From contig CAXXLF010000001.1 in the NCBI GenBank assembly GCA_963664015.2, positions 512,001 through 576,000 on the forward strand: a stretch of 64,000 bases of DNA, in the 5' to 3' direction. Position 1 is the first letter of the stretch. The number at the start of each line of letters is the position of its first letter. Position numbers and translations under genes: made by a program. Source of the DNA: Candidatus Binatia bacterium. Lineage in GTDB: Bacteria > Desulfobacterota > Binatia > UBA9968 > CAXXLF01. Positions 1-10,163 of the stretch are shown one piece after another. A model generated the notes under the pieces. That model was not told the origin of the DNA. It saw nothing but the letters and a program-made list of their open reading frames with translations, and did not search any database.

Positions 1-703
1 GATCGGGCGAGCCCTGCAATACCCGGTCGAGTTGGTCATGCCGGAGAATGTCACCCATGAACGCAAACAAATAATCGCCGCCTACGGGGCAAAGGTCATA
101 TTCAGCGATCCCATGGAGGGATCCGATGGCGCAATCTTGCTGTGTCGAAAGATCCTGGAACAGGATCCCGACAAGTACTTCAAACCCGACCAGTACTTCA
201 ATCCAATGAACAGCCAGGCTCATTATGAAAGCACTGGCCCCGAGATCTATCATCAGACCCACGGAAAGGTCACGCACCTGATTGCAGGCATCGGGACCAG
301 TGGAACGATTATGGGTTCAGGACGTTACCTCAAGGAGAACAATCCCAAGATCCGTGTTATTGCAGCGGAACCGGACGATGCCCTGCACGGGCTGGAAGGC
401 CTCAAGCACATGGCCAGTTCCATCGTTCCGGGGATCTATCACGAAGAGGAGTTGGACGAAAAGATTCCGGTTTCCACCGAAGACGCCTACACCATGGTTT
501 ACAGGATCAGTCAGGAGGAAGGTGTTCTGGTGGGACAATCGTCCGGGGCGGCATTGCACGCAACCCTAGAGGTAGCCAAGAGACTCCGCTCGGGCACGCT
601 TGTAACGGTTTTTCCTGATTTCGGCAGCAAATACCTGACGACCAATCTCTGGGTTGGCTGGCAGGAAAAATTTAAAGTCGGGAATCTCAAATTCTCTATC
701 TGA
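1..703 (+). CDS. cysM: PLP-dependent cysteine synthase (CysM/CysK family), 5' end outside the window
   Basis: Motifs DQYFNPMN..AHYESTGPEI, AGIGTSGT and GQSSGA; the frame is open to the window edge. Confidence 0.85.
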   Translation, partial: IGRALQYPVELVMPENVTHERKQIIAAYGAKVIFSDPMEGSDGAILLCRKILEQDPDKYFKPDQYFNPMNSQAHYESTGPEIYHQTHGKVTHLIAGIGTSGTIMGSGRYLKENNPKIRVIAAEPDDALHGLEGLKHMASSIVPGIYHEEELDEKIPVSTEDAYTMVYRISQEEGVLVGQSSGAALHATLEVAKRLRSGTLVTVFPDFGSKYLTTNLWVGWQEKFKVGNLKFSI

Positions 704-751
704 GTTCAAGCTTCCCGGCAAAGATTCGAGTGTCACAGGCTTAGTTGCACC

Positions 752-2044
752 ATGTTAGTTAAGTGCCCCGGTTGTTTAACCACCTATCGGGTAGGCAAAA
801 ATCTGGTTAAAAGTAAAAAACCGGCTTTTCGCTGCTCTCGCTGCAAACTCATCTTCGCCCTAGAGCTAAAGTCGCATGACGATAGCGAGCAGGAGAAACG
901 GCTTTCCTCAGACTCAATCCAGCTAAGTACGGACAGTGAACCGGAACTGCCCTTCACAGCTTCCGAGGATGAAACTACCGCAGATAAGCCAGTCAGTCCG
1001 AGTGAATATTTTAGCCATCAAGTATTCTCGGAACAGCAAGAGGAGGAACCCTCTATCCCCACATCCTTATCGCGCGGTTTTCACAAACCCAAGGACTCGC
1101 GCCCCAGCGCATTCTCTGTAACCCCATCAAGCCGGTTTTCCGAGTCTTTACCTCCCGAAACGCCAGAAGATAACCCACCCAGGGAAGAGTCCCAACAGGC
1201 CGATCAGGAACCGCCTACCCACAACTCTGAACAGCCCCCAGCCCAGTCGTTTGAGGAAATATTTGGGAAGCCTAAAGATGAATTCCCAGAGAGCCCAGAG
1301 GTTCCCGAATCGCCAGCTCCACAATCCTGGAAGCTGGAGGGTCCAGAGACACCGACTCCCGCCTCCCAAGAAAGCGCTACCGCCCCAGAGCCCGAAACGG
1401 TTGAGGAGTCGGAGCCGGAACCGGCATTCGAACTGTCCTTTGATGATTTAGCCTCCAATGAGGAGAGAAGGGAAAGAAAAGTGGTTACAGATCCATTGAG
1501 GGGCGGCGGGTCCCTTTCCGTAATTCCATACGTGAGTCTTTTTGGTTTCCTGATTCTGGTTTTTTCGCTGACAACTCTGATGCATCAAACCCAACCGGAG
1601 CGGCTGGAAGGCTATCTCAAATCCGTTCCCTGGTTCGGATCCGCACTGTTCAAAAACAAGCACCTGCGGCACGGTGTCGTCGTCGGATCACTACAAACAG
1701 GCTACCAGCGAATCCTTGGGAACCGTGAAGTCTTCGTGATCTCTGGCAGGATATACAACCGCAATCCGGTCAGTATAGGTGAGGTTCAAGTCGAGGGCCA
1801 GATTCATACGAGTGGCGAAAAAGAGCTCGCAAGCCAGGCAATCTCGGTGGGGAACCCGATCTCGTCAAAGATTATCCGCGATATGACGGTTAGGGAGATT
1901 GCCATCCTTCAACGGCTCAGGCCGCAAAAGAAATTCGAGGTGGCACCCCAGGGTTCCGCTGGCTTTACTATCGTTTTCCTCAAGCCCTCAAAAAAGATTA
2001 AATCTTTTAGCTGTAGGGTGTTATCGGCAAAAGGCTCAATTTAG
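752..2044 (+). CDS. Zinc-ribbon (MJ0042-type) plus TM plus DUF3426 protein, ZitP-like architecture
   Basis: N-terminal CPGC...RCSRC, long acidic Pro/Ser/Glu linker, single TM (YVSLFGFLILVFSL), C-terminal beta-rich domain (VISGRIYN...). Confidence 0.8.
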   Translation: MLVKCPGCLTTYRVGKNLVKSKKPAFRCSRCKLIFALELKSHDDSEQEKRLSSDSIQLSTDSEPELPFTASEDETTADKPVSPSEYFSHQVFSEQQEEEPSIPTSLSRGFHKPKDSRPSAFSVTPSSRFSESLPPETPEDNPPREESQQADQEPPTHNSEQPPAQSFEEIFGKPKDEFPESPEVPESPAPQSWKLEGPETPTPASQESATAPEPETVEESEPEPAFELSFDDLASNEERRERKVVTDPLRGGGSLSVIPYVSLFGFLILVFSLTTLMHQTQPERLEGYLKSVPWFGSALFKNKHLRHGVVVGSLQTGYQRILGNREVFVISGRIYNRNPVSIGEVQVEGQIHTSGEKELASQAISVGNPISSKIIRDMTVREIAILQRLRPQKKFEVAPQGSAGFTIVFLKPSKKIKSFSCRVLSAKGSI

Positions 2045-2047
2045 GTT

Positions 2048-2254
2048 CTATGACGATCCTTCTTTTTTATCGTCGTTCTCTTCCTTCTCCGCTGGATCCG
2101 GAGTGATATCGACCTCGTCGGACTGACGAATCGATTTGCGGAAACTCCGGATTCCCTTACCAAGCCCTTCCCCAATGTCCGGAAGCTTTCGGCTAAAGAG
2201 GACCACAACAATGATCAGAACAATCAGAAGTTCCCAAATGCCAAATCCAAACAT
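2048..2254 (-). CDS. tatA: Twin-arginine translocase TatA/E
   Basis: MFGFGIWELLIVLIIVVVLF..KLPDIGEGLGKGIRSFRK. Confidence 0.93.
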   Translation of the reverse strand: MFGFGIWELLIVLIIVVVLFSRKLPDIGEGLGKGIRSFRKSIRQSDEVDITPDPAEKEENDDKKEGSS

Positions 2255-2359
2255 AACCGCATCTTAGCGCAATGCCTCCACCTGGCGCAAGACGGATCTA
2301 CCGGCCTGGGCCAAACCCGCCCTTGCCCCACTCTAAGGCCATGCGTTATCATATGAATT
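2255..2359. promoter_or_regulatory. Back-to-back sigma70-like promoters, both apparently giving leaderless mRNAs (tatA and tonB)
   Basis: Minus strand: TTGCGC-18-TAAGAT-6 nt-ATG. Plus strand: TTGCCC-18-TATCAT-7 nt-GTG. Neither has an SD sequence. Confidence 0.55.
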
Positions 2360-3178
2360 GTGTCTAATTCGTACCCGACTCTGTACTCCTGTATCTTTAT
2401 CTCGCTGTGTCTACACCTGATATTCCTTTACCCATGGACAGACCGCCCCAGGATGCACAGGGCACAAAAGATCAGCCCACCGATCCCAGTGGCCTTCATC
2501 CCGACGCTGCGACCCAAGGTAGAAAAGCCGAAGATTGATAAAATAGAGACCCCAAAGCAAAAAAAGCCGATCAGGACTGTAAGTCGAAGCACCCCCCAAA
2601 AGATCACCCCAAACCCACCCAATACTCAACCCAAGATCGCCCGCCGAACCAGCCCCCGTAAACCCAATCCCCCAGTGGTAGAGGAAAGGACTCTACCCAA
2701 GGGTATCCGATGGCCCGATGAAGAGGCGAAGAAGCCTCGCCCCCAAGTGACCAAAAATAAAACCATCGTGCACCGCAGCCTGCCCTCTTTACAAGAACTA
2801 CAATCGCCCCTGGACTGGTCGAGACCCAAGTTGGACCCTACCGTCAACGAGAACGCTATCTCGCTGAACAGCAAAGACCCCCACTATATCTCTTACTTGG
2901 CCAGTATTAAGCAATCCATTGAGTTAGTATGGGAATATCCCCTCGCAGCGCTAAACCAGGGGATTCAGGGGACGCTCGTGATTGAATTCACCATTGCGGC
3001 GAGCGGGAGTCTATCCGGGGCAAGGCTAATTAACTCGTCTGGATTTTCCGTCTTGGATGAAGAGGCCTTGAGGACCGTGCGCTCGGCCGCTCCCTTTCAT
3101 CCGATTCCTTACCGGATTGAAAAACGGCCGCTATCCGTAGTCGCCAGCTTTGAGTACTTCGATAATCGCCTGCGGTAA
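2360..3178 (+). CDS. Energy transducer TonB family protein
   Basis: N-terminal TM with SxxLH, Pro/Lys-rich linker, C-terminal YP...G.QG.V.IEF.I...SSGF.VLD..A...VR.AAPF. Confidence 0.9.
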   Translation: MSNSYPTLYSCIFISLCLHLIFLYPWTDRPRMHRAQKISPPIPVAFIPTLRPKVEKPKIDKIETPKQKKPIRTVSRSTPQKITPNPPNTQPKIARRTSPRKPNPPVVEERTLPKGIRWPDEEAKKPRPQVTKNKTIVHRSLPSLQELQSPLDWSRPKLDPTVNENAISLNSKDPHYISYLASIKQSIELVWEYPLAALNQGIQGTLVIEFTIAASGSLSGARLINSSGFSVLDEEALRTVRSAAPFHPIPYRIEKRPLSVVASFEYFDNRLR

Positions 3179-3228
3179 ACTTTTACCCCAGAGGGGGAGA
3201 AGCAATTTACACCAACGGTCCTGCCCTC

Positions 3229-4725
3229 TCAGCCCTGAGTCTTGACCGAGTCTTCGGCCAGCCAGCGTAGGACCAACCTCCTTGCAGCTCCGGCTTCATC
3301 CAAACGGCTCACCGGCGTCGAGTGGGGGGCCGTCTTAACCAGTTCAGGAGATTCTTTGGCCTCCCGTGCGATTGCTATCATCGCATCCGTAAAGCTGTCC
3401 AGAATTTCAGGGGTTTCGGTCTCCGTAGGCTCGATCATAATGGCCCCCGATACGACCAGGGGAAAGTAGATGGTCGGCGGGTGAAACCCGTAGTCCAACA
3501 GACGTTTAGCGATATCCATTGTGGTCACACCGAGTTTTTGCTGCAAACGATCAGTAAACACGCATTCGTGCATGCAGGGTGCGGAAAAGGCCAGATGATA
3601 ATAGGGCTCCAGTCTCTTGCGAATATAATTGGCATTGAGTAACGCCATCCGACTGGTCTCTTCCAAACCATCGCCACCCAGGGCAAGGATATAGGCGTAA
3701 GCCCTGGCCAAGATTCCGAAGTTGCCTAAAAACGAACGGACCCGGCCGATTGATAGGGGATGATCCTCCCCCAATTCGAACCCTCCATCGCCTTTTTGGA
3801 TCCGTGGTACCGGCAGGTAATCCCGCAAGAAACCCTTGACCCCGACAGGCCCCGCACCAGGTCCGCCTCCACCGTGAGGGGTGGAAAAGGTCTTATGGAG
3901 GTTGACGTGAAGGACATCCACCCCCATCTGGCCCGGCTTGGCGATCCCCATCAGTGCGTTCATATTAGCACCGTCCATATATACTAGCCCGTCCTGGGCA
4001 TGAACCACTTCGGCAATGGACTGAATGTCCTGTTCGAAGATTCCGAAGGTATTGGGGTTGGTAATCATCAGCGCCGCCACATCTTCGTCCATCACCTGCT
4101 TGACTTTCTCCGTCTCTAAAAACCCCCGATTATTGGAAGGGACCTGAGTCACCTCGTAACCGCAAAGAGTCGAACTGGCCGGGTTGGTTCCATGGGCTGT
4201 GTCCGGTACAAGAATCTTTTTACGCGGGTTGCCCTGGGCCGACATGTGGGCGCGAATCAACATAAGCCCGGTCAGTTCCCCCTGAGCTCCCGCCGCCGGC
4301 TGTAGGGTGACATGGTCCATTCCACACACCTCGGCTAGCATCCGCTCCAGATTGTACAGCAGCTCTAGTGCCCCCTGGATCAGCGGTAGGGGAGCCAACG
4401 GATGGATGTGGGCCATGCCTGGGAGACGCACCACCGCCTCGTTGACCTTTGGATTGTATTTCATGGTACACGAACCCAGGGGGTAGAACTGCCCCTCGAT
4501 ACTGTAATTCAGGTGTGAGAGGTTGGTGAAATGACGCAGCACCTCGAGTTCGCCCAGTTCGGGAAAGTCCGTGATTTCCTGCCTAAGCAAATGTGAAGGA
4601 ATCAGTTCCTGCGGGGACGGCAACTCTTCAGGCCAGGAGAATGCGGTCCTGCCGGGCGAGCCACGCTCAAAGAGAAGGAGCCGTGGGGCCCGATGATTAG
4701 TTTTTTCCGGTGAATGTCCTGACAA
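3229..4725 (-). CDS. gcvPB: Glycine dehydrogenase (decarboxylating) subunit 2
   Basis: YPLGSCTMKYNPK, QPAAGAQGE, NLHKTFSTPHGGGGPG (PLP lysine). Confidence 0.97.
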   Translation of the reverse strand: MSGHSPEKTNHRAPRLLLFERGSPGRTAFSWPEELPSPQELIPSHLLRQEITDFPELGELEVLRHFTNLSHLNYSIEGQFYPLGSCTMKYNPKVNEAVVRLPGMAHIHPLAPLPLIQGALELLYNLERMLAEVCGMDHVTLQPAAGAQGELTGLMLIRAHMSAQGNPRKKILVPDTAHGTNPASSTLCGYEVTQVPSNNRGFLETEKVKQVMDEDVAALMITNPNTFGIFEQDIQSIAEVVHAQDGLVYMDGANMNALMGIAKPGQMGVDVLHVNLHKTFSTPHGGGGPGAGPVGVKGFLRDYLPVPRIQKGDGGFELGEDHPLSIGRVRSFLGNFGILARAYAYILALGGDGLEETSRMALLNANYIRKRLEPYYHLAFSAPCMHECVFTDRLQQKLGVTTMDIAKRLLDYGFHPPTIYFPLVVSGAIMIEPTETETPEILDSFTDAMIAIAREAKESPELVKTAPHSTPVSRLDEAGAARRLVLRWLAEDSVKTQG

Positions 4726-6046
4726 GTTGATCGATCTCCTCCCTCTCGTTCATTTCAGTCACACACACGAGCAGGCATTGGGCGAGCTCCGGATACCATT
4801 GTTTCAACGCCAGACCCGGGACCACCCTGCTGGATTCCAGACGCCCGAGCATTGGTTCCAGATCCTTCACCTCCAGAACGAACTCATTGAAGAACGGCCC
4901 GTCAAATACAGGTGTAAGCCCCGCTTCCCGAAGCAGCCGTTCCCTCGCCTCATGAGCTCGCGCTACATTGATCTCGGCAATATGGCGCATCCCGGATTTT
5001 CCCATACTGGCCATAAAGACCGTGGCTGCCAGGGTACACAGGCTCTGAGTCGTGCAGATGTTGGAAGTGGCCTTCTCCCTGCGAATATGCTGCTCCCTCG
5101 TGGCCAGGGTTAAAACAAAGCCGCGCTGACCCTCGTGATCAACCGTCTCACCCACCAACCTACCTGGCATCGTGCGAACGAATTGTTTACGGCATGTAAA
5201 GAATCCAAACCCAGGCCCGCCGAGACTCATGGGCAGCCCCAGACTCTGTCCCTCGCCTACCGCAATGTCGGCACCCCATTCACCGGGAGGCTTCAGTAAC
5301 GCCAGGGATAGGGCCTCCGTGGTCACGGTAATCAACAAGGCCCCGTGGGCATTGCATGCGTCGCGCATGGGAGCGAGGTCTTCAATCACGCCAAAGAAAT
5401 TCGGATATCCCGTAACAATACAGAGGGTTTTATCGTCCATTGTGTTCGCCACGAACTCGGCATCCGATTGACCACTCTTGTCCCAGGGGACCTCAACGAT
5501 TTCGATTCCTTCCATGTTCCGGAGATAGGTAGCCACAACCGCGCGGTACTGGGGATGAAGCGACCGAGAGAGTAATACCCGATGTCTCCTTTTCTGGATG
5601 CGGCGCGCCATGAGGACCGCCTCCGCCACTGCCGAGGCACCGTCGTACAATCCCGCATTGCAAACCTCCATCCCTGTTAGCTGGCACATGAGGGTTTGAT
5701 ATTCGAACGTCGCCTGGAGCGTTCCCTGACTGACCTCCGGCTGATAAGGGGTGTAGGAGGTCGCGAACTCAGCCCGAGAAATTATGGCATCCACAGTGCT
5801 GGGGATGAAATGGTGATAGATACCGCCTCCGAGGAACAGGGAGCAGTCCTCGGGCGTGCCGTTACGTGCGGCGAGCACGCCCATCTCTTTCTTGACCGCC
5901 CGTTCGGAAATCCCAGGGGGAAGACCGATGCCTGCTCGTTCCCGGAGGGATTGGGGGATATGGCCGTATAGACTCTCAACGCCATCGACGCCAATGGCCT
6001 GAAGCATCCGGTTCTTATCCGAACCCGTATGAGGAGTGTAACCCAT
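4697..6046 (-). CDS. gcvPA: Glycine dehydrogenase (decarboxylating) subunit 1
   Basis: YTPYQPEVSQGTLQ, TREQHIRREKATSNICT. Confidence 0.97.
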   Translation of the reverse strand: MGYTPHTGSDKNRMLQAIGVDGVESLYGHIPQSLRERAGIGLPPGISERAVKKEMGVLAARNGTPEDCSLFLGGGIYHHFIPSTVDAIISRAEFATSYTPYQPEVSQGTLQATFEYQTLMCQLTGMEVCNAGLYDGASAVAEAVLMARRIQKRRHRVLLSRSLHPQYRAVVATYLRNMEGIEIVEVPWDKSGQSDAEFVANTMDDKTLCIVTGYPNFFGVIEDLAPMRDACNAHGALLITVTTEALSLALLKPPGEWGADIAVGEGQSLGLPMSLGGPGFGFFTCRKQFVRTMPGRLVGETVDHEGQRGFVLTLATREQHIRREKATSNICTTQSLCTLAATVFMASMGKSGMRHIAEINVARAHEARERLLREAGLTPVFDGPFFNEFVLEVKDLEPMLGRLESSRVVPGLALKQWYPELAQCLLVCVTEMNEREEIDQLVRTFTGKN

Positions 6047-6055
6047 TGGATCGGC

Positions 6056-6499
6056 TTATTCCTTCTCCTCCTCATCCTCATCCTCATCCTCCTCATCGTC
6101 GTCCTCATCCACATCCTTTTGCTGATCAAGGTATTCGCCGTACTCCTCCGGACTCAATAGATCCTTGAGTTCTTCCTTGTCCGACATTTCAACCTTGATC
6201 AGCCAACCGTCCCCGTAAGGGTCTTCATTGACCATCTCTGGACCGTCGGGAATAGAATCATTCACTTCAACGACCGTACCACTCACTGGGGCAAAAAGCT
6301 CGGACACTGCTTTGACGGACTCCACCGAGCCGAAGGGATCGTCTTTGGTGATCTTTTCACCGACCTCGGGGAGCTCCACGTAAACGATATCCCCCAGTTC
6401 TTCTTGCGCGTATTCGGTAATTCCCACGGTAGCACCGTCATCTTCCACCAGCACCCATTCGTGTTCTTTCGTATACTTGAGACCCTTAGGGAAACTCAT
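6056..6499 (-). CDS. gcvH: Glycine cleavage system H protein with acidic C-terminal tail
   Basis: [35 protein letters not shown] (lipoyl Lys), [10 protein letters not shown]. Confidence 0.97.
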   Translation of the reverse strand: MSFPKGLKYTKEHEWVLVEDDGATVGITEYAQEELGDIVYVELPEVGEKITKDDPFGSVESVKAVSELFAPVSGTVVEVNDSIPDGPEMVNEDPYGDGWLIKVEMSDKEELKDLLSPEEYGEYLDQQKDVDEDDDEEDEDEDEEEKE

Positions 6500-6559
6500 G
6501 ATCTCCTCCTTTCACTTCTGAGCAGCTTGCTCAATACAATTGGTTTGCTAACGACCGTC

Positions 6560-7645
6560 TTAGCGTCGATAGAACGGCAGTTTCACCACCCGTCCCTTGA
6601 TTTTTCGCCCCCGTACTTCCACTTCAATTGGATTTCCCGTCTCTGCCTCCTCCACTGAAACGTATCCCAGCCCAATGGCTTTTTTGAGCGTAGGTGATTT
6701 AGTGCCACTAGTCACCTGTCCCACCGGTCTCCCATCCTTGATAATTTGATGACCGCCTCGCGCAATGCCGGGCTCAAGCAGTTCCAAACCAACGAGCTTG
6801 CGTCGAATGCCTTCTTGTTTCTGCTTCACCAGGGCGTCGCGGCCCAGGAAATCGCCTTTGGAGAGCCGGGTTACCCATCCCAGTCCCGCCTCCAGTGGAG
6901 TGGTCTGATCATCCAGTTCGTGACCATAAAGGGGCAGTGCCCGTTCTAATCGCAGCGTGTCCCTCGCACCCAAACCCACCGGTTTAAGCCCGGTTTCCTT
7001 GCCGACCTCCCACAGTTCATTCCAGAGTTTTGGACCATGGGTGGGTTCGCAATAGAGCTCAAACCCATCCTCCCCCGTATACCCTGTCCGTGATACCAGT
7101 GCGGAACCACCGGCAACATCACCGATGAAATAACAAAATGGCTTCAACTCATCTAAGGGAAATGCAGTTAAGGGCTGCAAGACCTGTGGAGCCCGCGGTC
7201 CTTGGAGGGCCAGTAGCACCGTATCATCGCTCTTGTCCAGAACTTGAGTGTTTCCCTCTCTATGATTTTGAATCCATTGAAAGTCTTTGGATCGATTAGA
7301 GGCATTGACGCAAAGGAGAACAACCTCTCCTTCCATCCTATAAACCATCACATCGTCTACGACACCGCCGTTCTCGTTAAGCAGTAGGCTATACTGGGCC
7401 TGGCCGGGTCCAATGCGTGTGATATCATTGGCCGTGAGCTTCTGGCATAAGTCAAAAGCATCCGGCCCGGAGATCTCAATCTCACCCATGTGGCTTACAT
7501 CGAAAATCCCCACAGCACTCCTAACGGTGAGATGCTCATCCATAATACCGCTATACTGTACGGGCATTTCCCATCCGCCAAATTCGATCATCTTCGCCCC
7601 CAGGCGTCGATGGGCAGAGTAGAGGGGCGTTCTTTTAAGCTTCAA
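6560..7645 (-). CDS. gcvT: Glycine cleavage aminomethyltransferase T
   Basis: FGGWEMPVQY, FDVSHMGE, SRTGYTGEDGFE, GLGARDTLRLE. Confidence 0.97.
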   Translation of the reverse strand: MKLKRTPLYSAHRRLGAKMIEFGGWEMPVQYSGIMDEHLTVRSAVGIFDVSHMGEIEISGPDAFDLCQKLTANDITRIGPGQAQYSLLLNENGGVVDDVMVYRMEGEVVLLCVNASNRSKDFQWIQNHREGNTQVLDKSDDTVLLALQGPRAPQVLQPLTAFPLDELKPFCYFIGDVAGGSALVSRTGYTGEDGFELYCEPTHGPKLWNELWEVGKETGLKPVGLGARDTLRLERALPLYGHELDDQTTPLEAGLGWVTRLSKGDFLGRDALVKQKQEGIRRKLVGLELLEPGIARGGHQIIKDGRPVGQVTSGTKSPTLKKAIGLGYVSVEEAETGNPIEVEVRGRKIKGRVVKLPFYRR

Positions 7646-7676
7646 GGAATTCGCCTTATCTCTCGCGATTCGACCT

Positions 7677-8540
7677 CTATGAACTCGCCCGTTTCAGCGT
7701 TTCCTTGGCTGACCGTAAAGTGTTGAAGAGGAGCATACAAATGGTCATGGGACCGACACCGCCGGGAACCGGCGTGATCCAGGAGGCACGCTCTTTAGCG
7801 CTTTCAAACTCTACATCCCCAGTCAACTTGCCGTCGGCGCGCCGATTGATCCCTACATCGATGACCACTGCACCGGATTTGATCCATTCGCCACGAATCA
7901 GGCCAGCCTTTCCTATGGCAGCCACAACGATATCCGCTTGAGCCACCTCGCCCGCGAGATCCGTCGTACGCGAGTGGCATAGGGTTACCGTCGCGTGCCG
8001 GGCCAGAAGCATCAAAGCCACCGGCTTCCCGACAATGTTGCTCCGGCCGACGACCACGGCCTTTTTCCCCTTGGGATCGCAACCCACGGATTCCAAGAGC
8101 TTGATTATTCCCATGGGGGTGCAGGGTTGAAAACCGTCCACCCCTTGAAGGAGAAACCCCTGATTGACCGGATGAAACCCATCTACATCTTTTTCCGGGA
8201 TCACTGACTGAAGCACCTTTTCGGTGTCCATATGTGCCGGCAACGGGAGCTGGACCAGAATCCCATGGATCTCCCTGTCCCGGTTCAAACTTTGAATCAT
8301 TGCGATGAGTTCACGCTCAGAGACAGTTTCAGGCAGTAGATGCTCCCTGGAGAGAATCTCCACCTCCTGGCACGCCTTTTTCTTGTTACGGACATACACC
8401 TGGGAGCTGGGGTCGTTTCCGACTAGCACCACTCCCAATCCAGGGAGCAGGTTTGATTGGCTCTTAATCGCCAGGACTTCCGCTTTAATTTGGTTGCGAA
8501 CTTCACGGGCAATCGCCTTACCGTCAATAATCATACCCAT
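7677..8540 (-). CDS. folD: Methylenetetrahydrofolate dehydrogenase/cyclohydrolase
   Basis: [39 protein letters not shown]. Confidence 0.98.
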   Translation of the reverse strand: MGMIIDGKAIAREVRNQIKAEVLAIKSQSNLLPGLGVVLVGNDPSSQVYVRNKKKACQEVEILSREHLLPETVSERELIAMIQSLNRDREIHGILVQLPLPAHMDTEKVLQSVIPEKDVDGFHPVNQGFLLQGVDGFQPCTPMGIIKLLESVGCDPKGKKAVVVGRSNIVGKPVALMLLARHATVTLCHSRTTDLAGEVAQADIVVAAIGKAGLIRGEWIKSGAVVIDVGINRRADGKLTGDVEFESAKERASWITPVPGGVGPMTICMLLFNTLRSAKETLKRASS

Positions 8541-8816
8541 TATTTACACCGCACCATAAAACACGTTATTGGAAAACTTAATGTAAAGATAATTCGGCTT
8601 AACTGGCTTAACATGGAGCCCAAAAGGCGTCAACGAGTTCAGCCCATGGGAGGATTTACTTGCATAGCCCAATCCATCCATAATGTCCAGATCTTGAAGA
8701 ACGCAACTCATGGTTGACACGGCCAACTATTATCGGTATAGGCTGCCCCCATTGGCAAGTGAAAAATCGTTATCGGTCATCGTGTCATCTTCTGGAGTCG
8801 ATAAGGAAATTGTTTC

Positions 8817-9680
8817 ATGATGAAGATCGGATTTATCGGAGTCGGGCAAATGGGAAGTCTCCTTGCCGGATTCCTTCTCAATGACGGCTATCCGGTGTCG
8901 GTTTACGACATCGATCCCCGTTGTATCGATCCCCTGGTCCGGCAGGGCGCCCAGCCGGCTTCCAGTCCCAAGGACCTGACTTCCAAATCCGATGTCGTCA
9001 TTACGGTCCTGACCTATCCCAAAGTCGTCGAGGAAGTAATCTGCGGAAAGGACGGCGTGGTCGAAGGGCTTTCCAATGACAAGATCGTGATCGAGACAAG
9101 CAGCATCGATGCCGAGACCTCCATCCGAGTCGGCAAAGAGATCGAAGCTCACGGTGGCAAGTACCTGGAGGCCGCCTTGCTCGGCCCTCCACCCGTCGTC
9201 AAGCTCAAAAAATTGGTTTTTATAACAGCAGGGGATGAGAAGAGCGCCAAAAAATGTGAGCCTCTTTTTCTATCCATGGGCCGGAAGGCCCTTTACGTCG
9301 GCGGTCCCGGCAAGGCCAAGTTGATGAAGATTGCCAATGCCATGATCTATGCGGCGGAGACAACGGTCCTCTACGAAGTCATTGCTTGGTGTATACGCAA
9401 CGAGGTCTCCCCGGAGGCGTTGCTTGAGCTTCGCGATGAAAGATTTACATTGAACCTGGATCAGGTCAGGGAGATCCTCAAAGGCAATCTCACCGGGAAA
9501 CCCAACTGGGTCATCAAGGATGTCTTCCACGGCTTGAGTAAGGCCGATGAAAAAGAGATACCAATGCCGATTCTCGGCACCGTGCGCGACATGGTTCACT
9601 GGGCCAGGTCGCAAGGGATGGAGCAGTACCCCTTTTCCGAATTGATCTGGATGCTGTACAAGAAAACGGTGAAAAAATAA
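8817..9680 (+). CDS. NAD(P)-dependent beta-hydroxyacid dehydrogenase (3-hydroxyisobutyrate DH family)
   Basis: KIGFIGVGQMG Rossmann motif, ETSSI, catalytic Lys in KLMKIANA. Confidence 0.85.
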   Translation: MMKIGFIGVGQMGSLLAGFLLNDGYPVSVYDIDPRCIDPLVRQGAQPASSPKDLTSKSDVVITVLTYPKVVEEVICGKDGVVEGLSNDKIVIETSSIDAETSIRVGKEIEAHGGKYLEAALLGPPPVVKLKKLVFITAGDEKSAKKCEPLFLSMGRKALYVGGPGKAKLMKIANAMIYAAETTVLYEVIAWCIRNEVSPEALLELRDERFTLNLDQVREILKGNLTGKPNWVIKDVFHGLSKADEKEIPMPILGTVRDMVHWARSQGMEQYPFSELIWMLYKKTVKK

Positions 9681-9835
9681 TTTCCAACTCGCTCCCGCCC
9701 GCTAGACTCAGCCAGTCGAAGCCCTTAGCGGTTGTACTAACGCTGTTACCAATTGGCCAACGTCAGGCAATCTATGATAAAAAAGAGCATTAAAATGCCT
9801 TCACCCTTTATGAAACTGCTGGAGGATGCCTATTC

Positions 9836-10102
9836 ATGACTCAACAGCTCGTCACGACCTTCGTAGCCGTATTCCTCGCCGAGTTGGGGGATAAAACACA
9901 AATCGCAACGCTTTCCTTTGCAGCCAACCCGTCCTATAACCGTTGGATCGTGCTTTTAGGAGCCTGCTCGGCCCTCTTTTTGATTTCTCTTATCGCAGTG
10001 CTGATCGGGTCCGCAGCCGGGAATTGGATCAATCCCAAATACCTGAGAGTCGTTTCCGGTTTCCTCTTTATCGGCATCGGACTGTTGACCCTTTGGAAAT
10101 AG
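9836..10102 (+). CDS. TMEM165/GDT1 (UPF0016) family single-domain membrane protein
   Basis: FLAELGDKTQ signature. Confidence 0.92.
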   Translation: MTQQLVTTFVAVFLAELGDKTQIATLSFAANPSYNRWIVLLGACSALFLISLIAVLIGSAAGNWINPKYLRVVSGFLFIGIGLLTLWK

Positions 10103-10163
10103 ACCAAGGGCTCTCCGCCCCTCGACTCCCGATCCCCGATTAGAAAAGAAATCATCTCGAACA

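Noticed and set aside
8541-8800. Glycine, THF or ZTP riboswitch upstream of folD-gcv
   Set aside because: No recognisable aptamer consensus; only promoter-like hexamers
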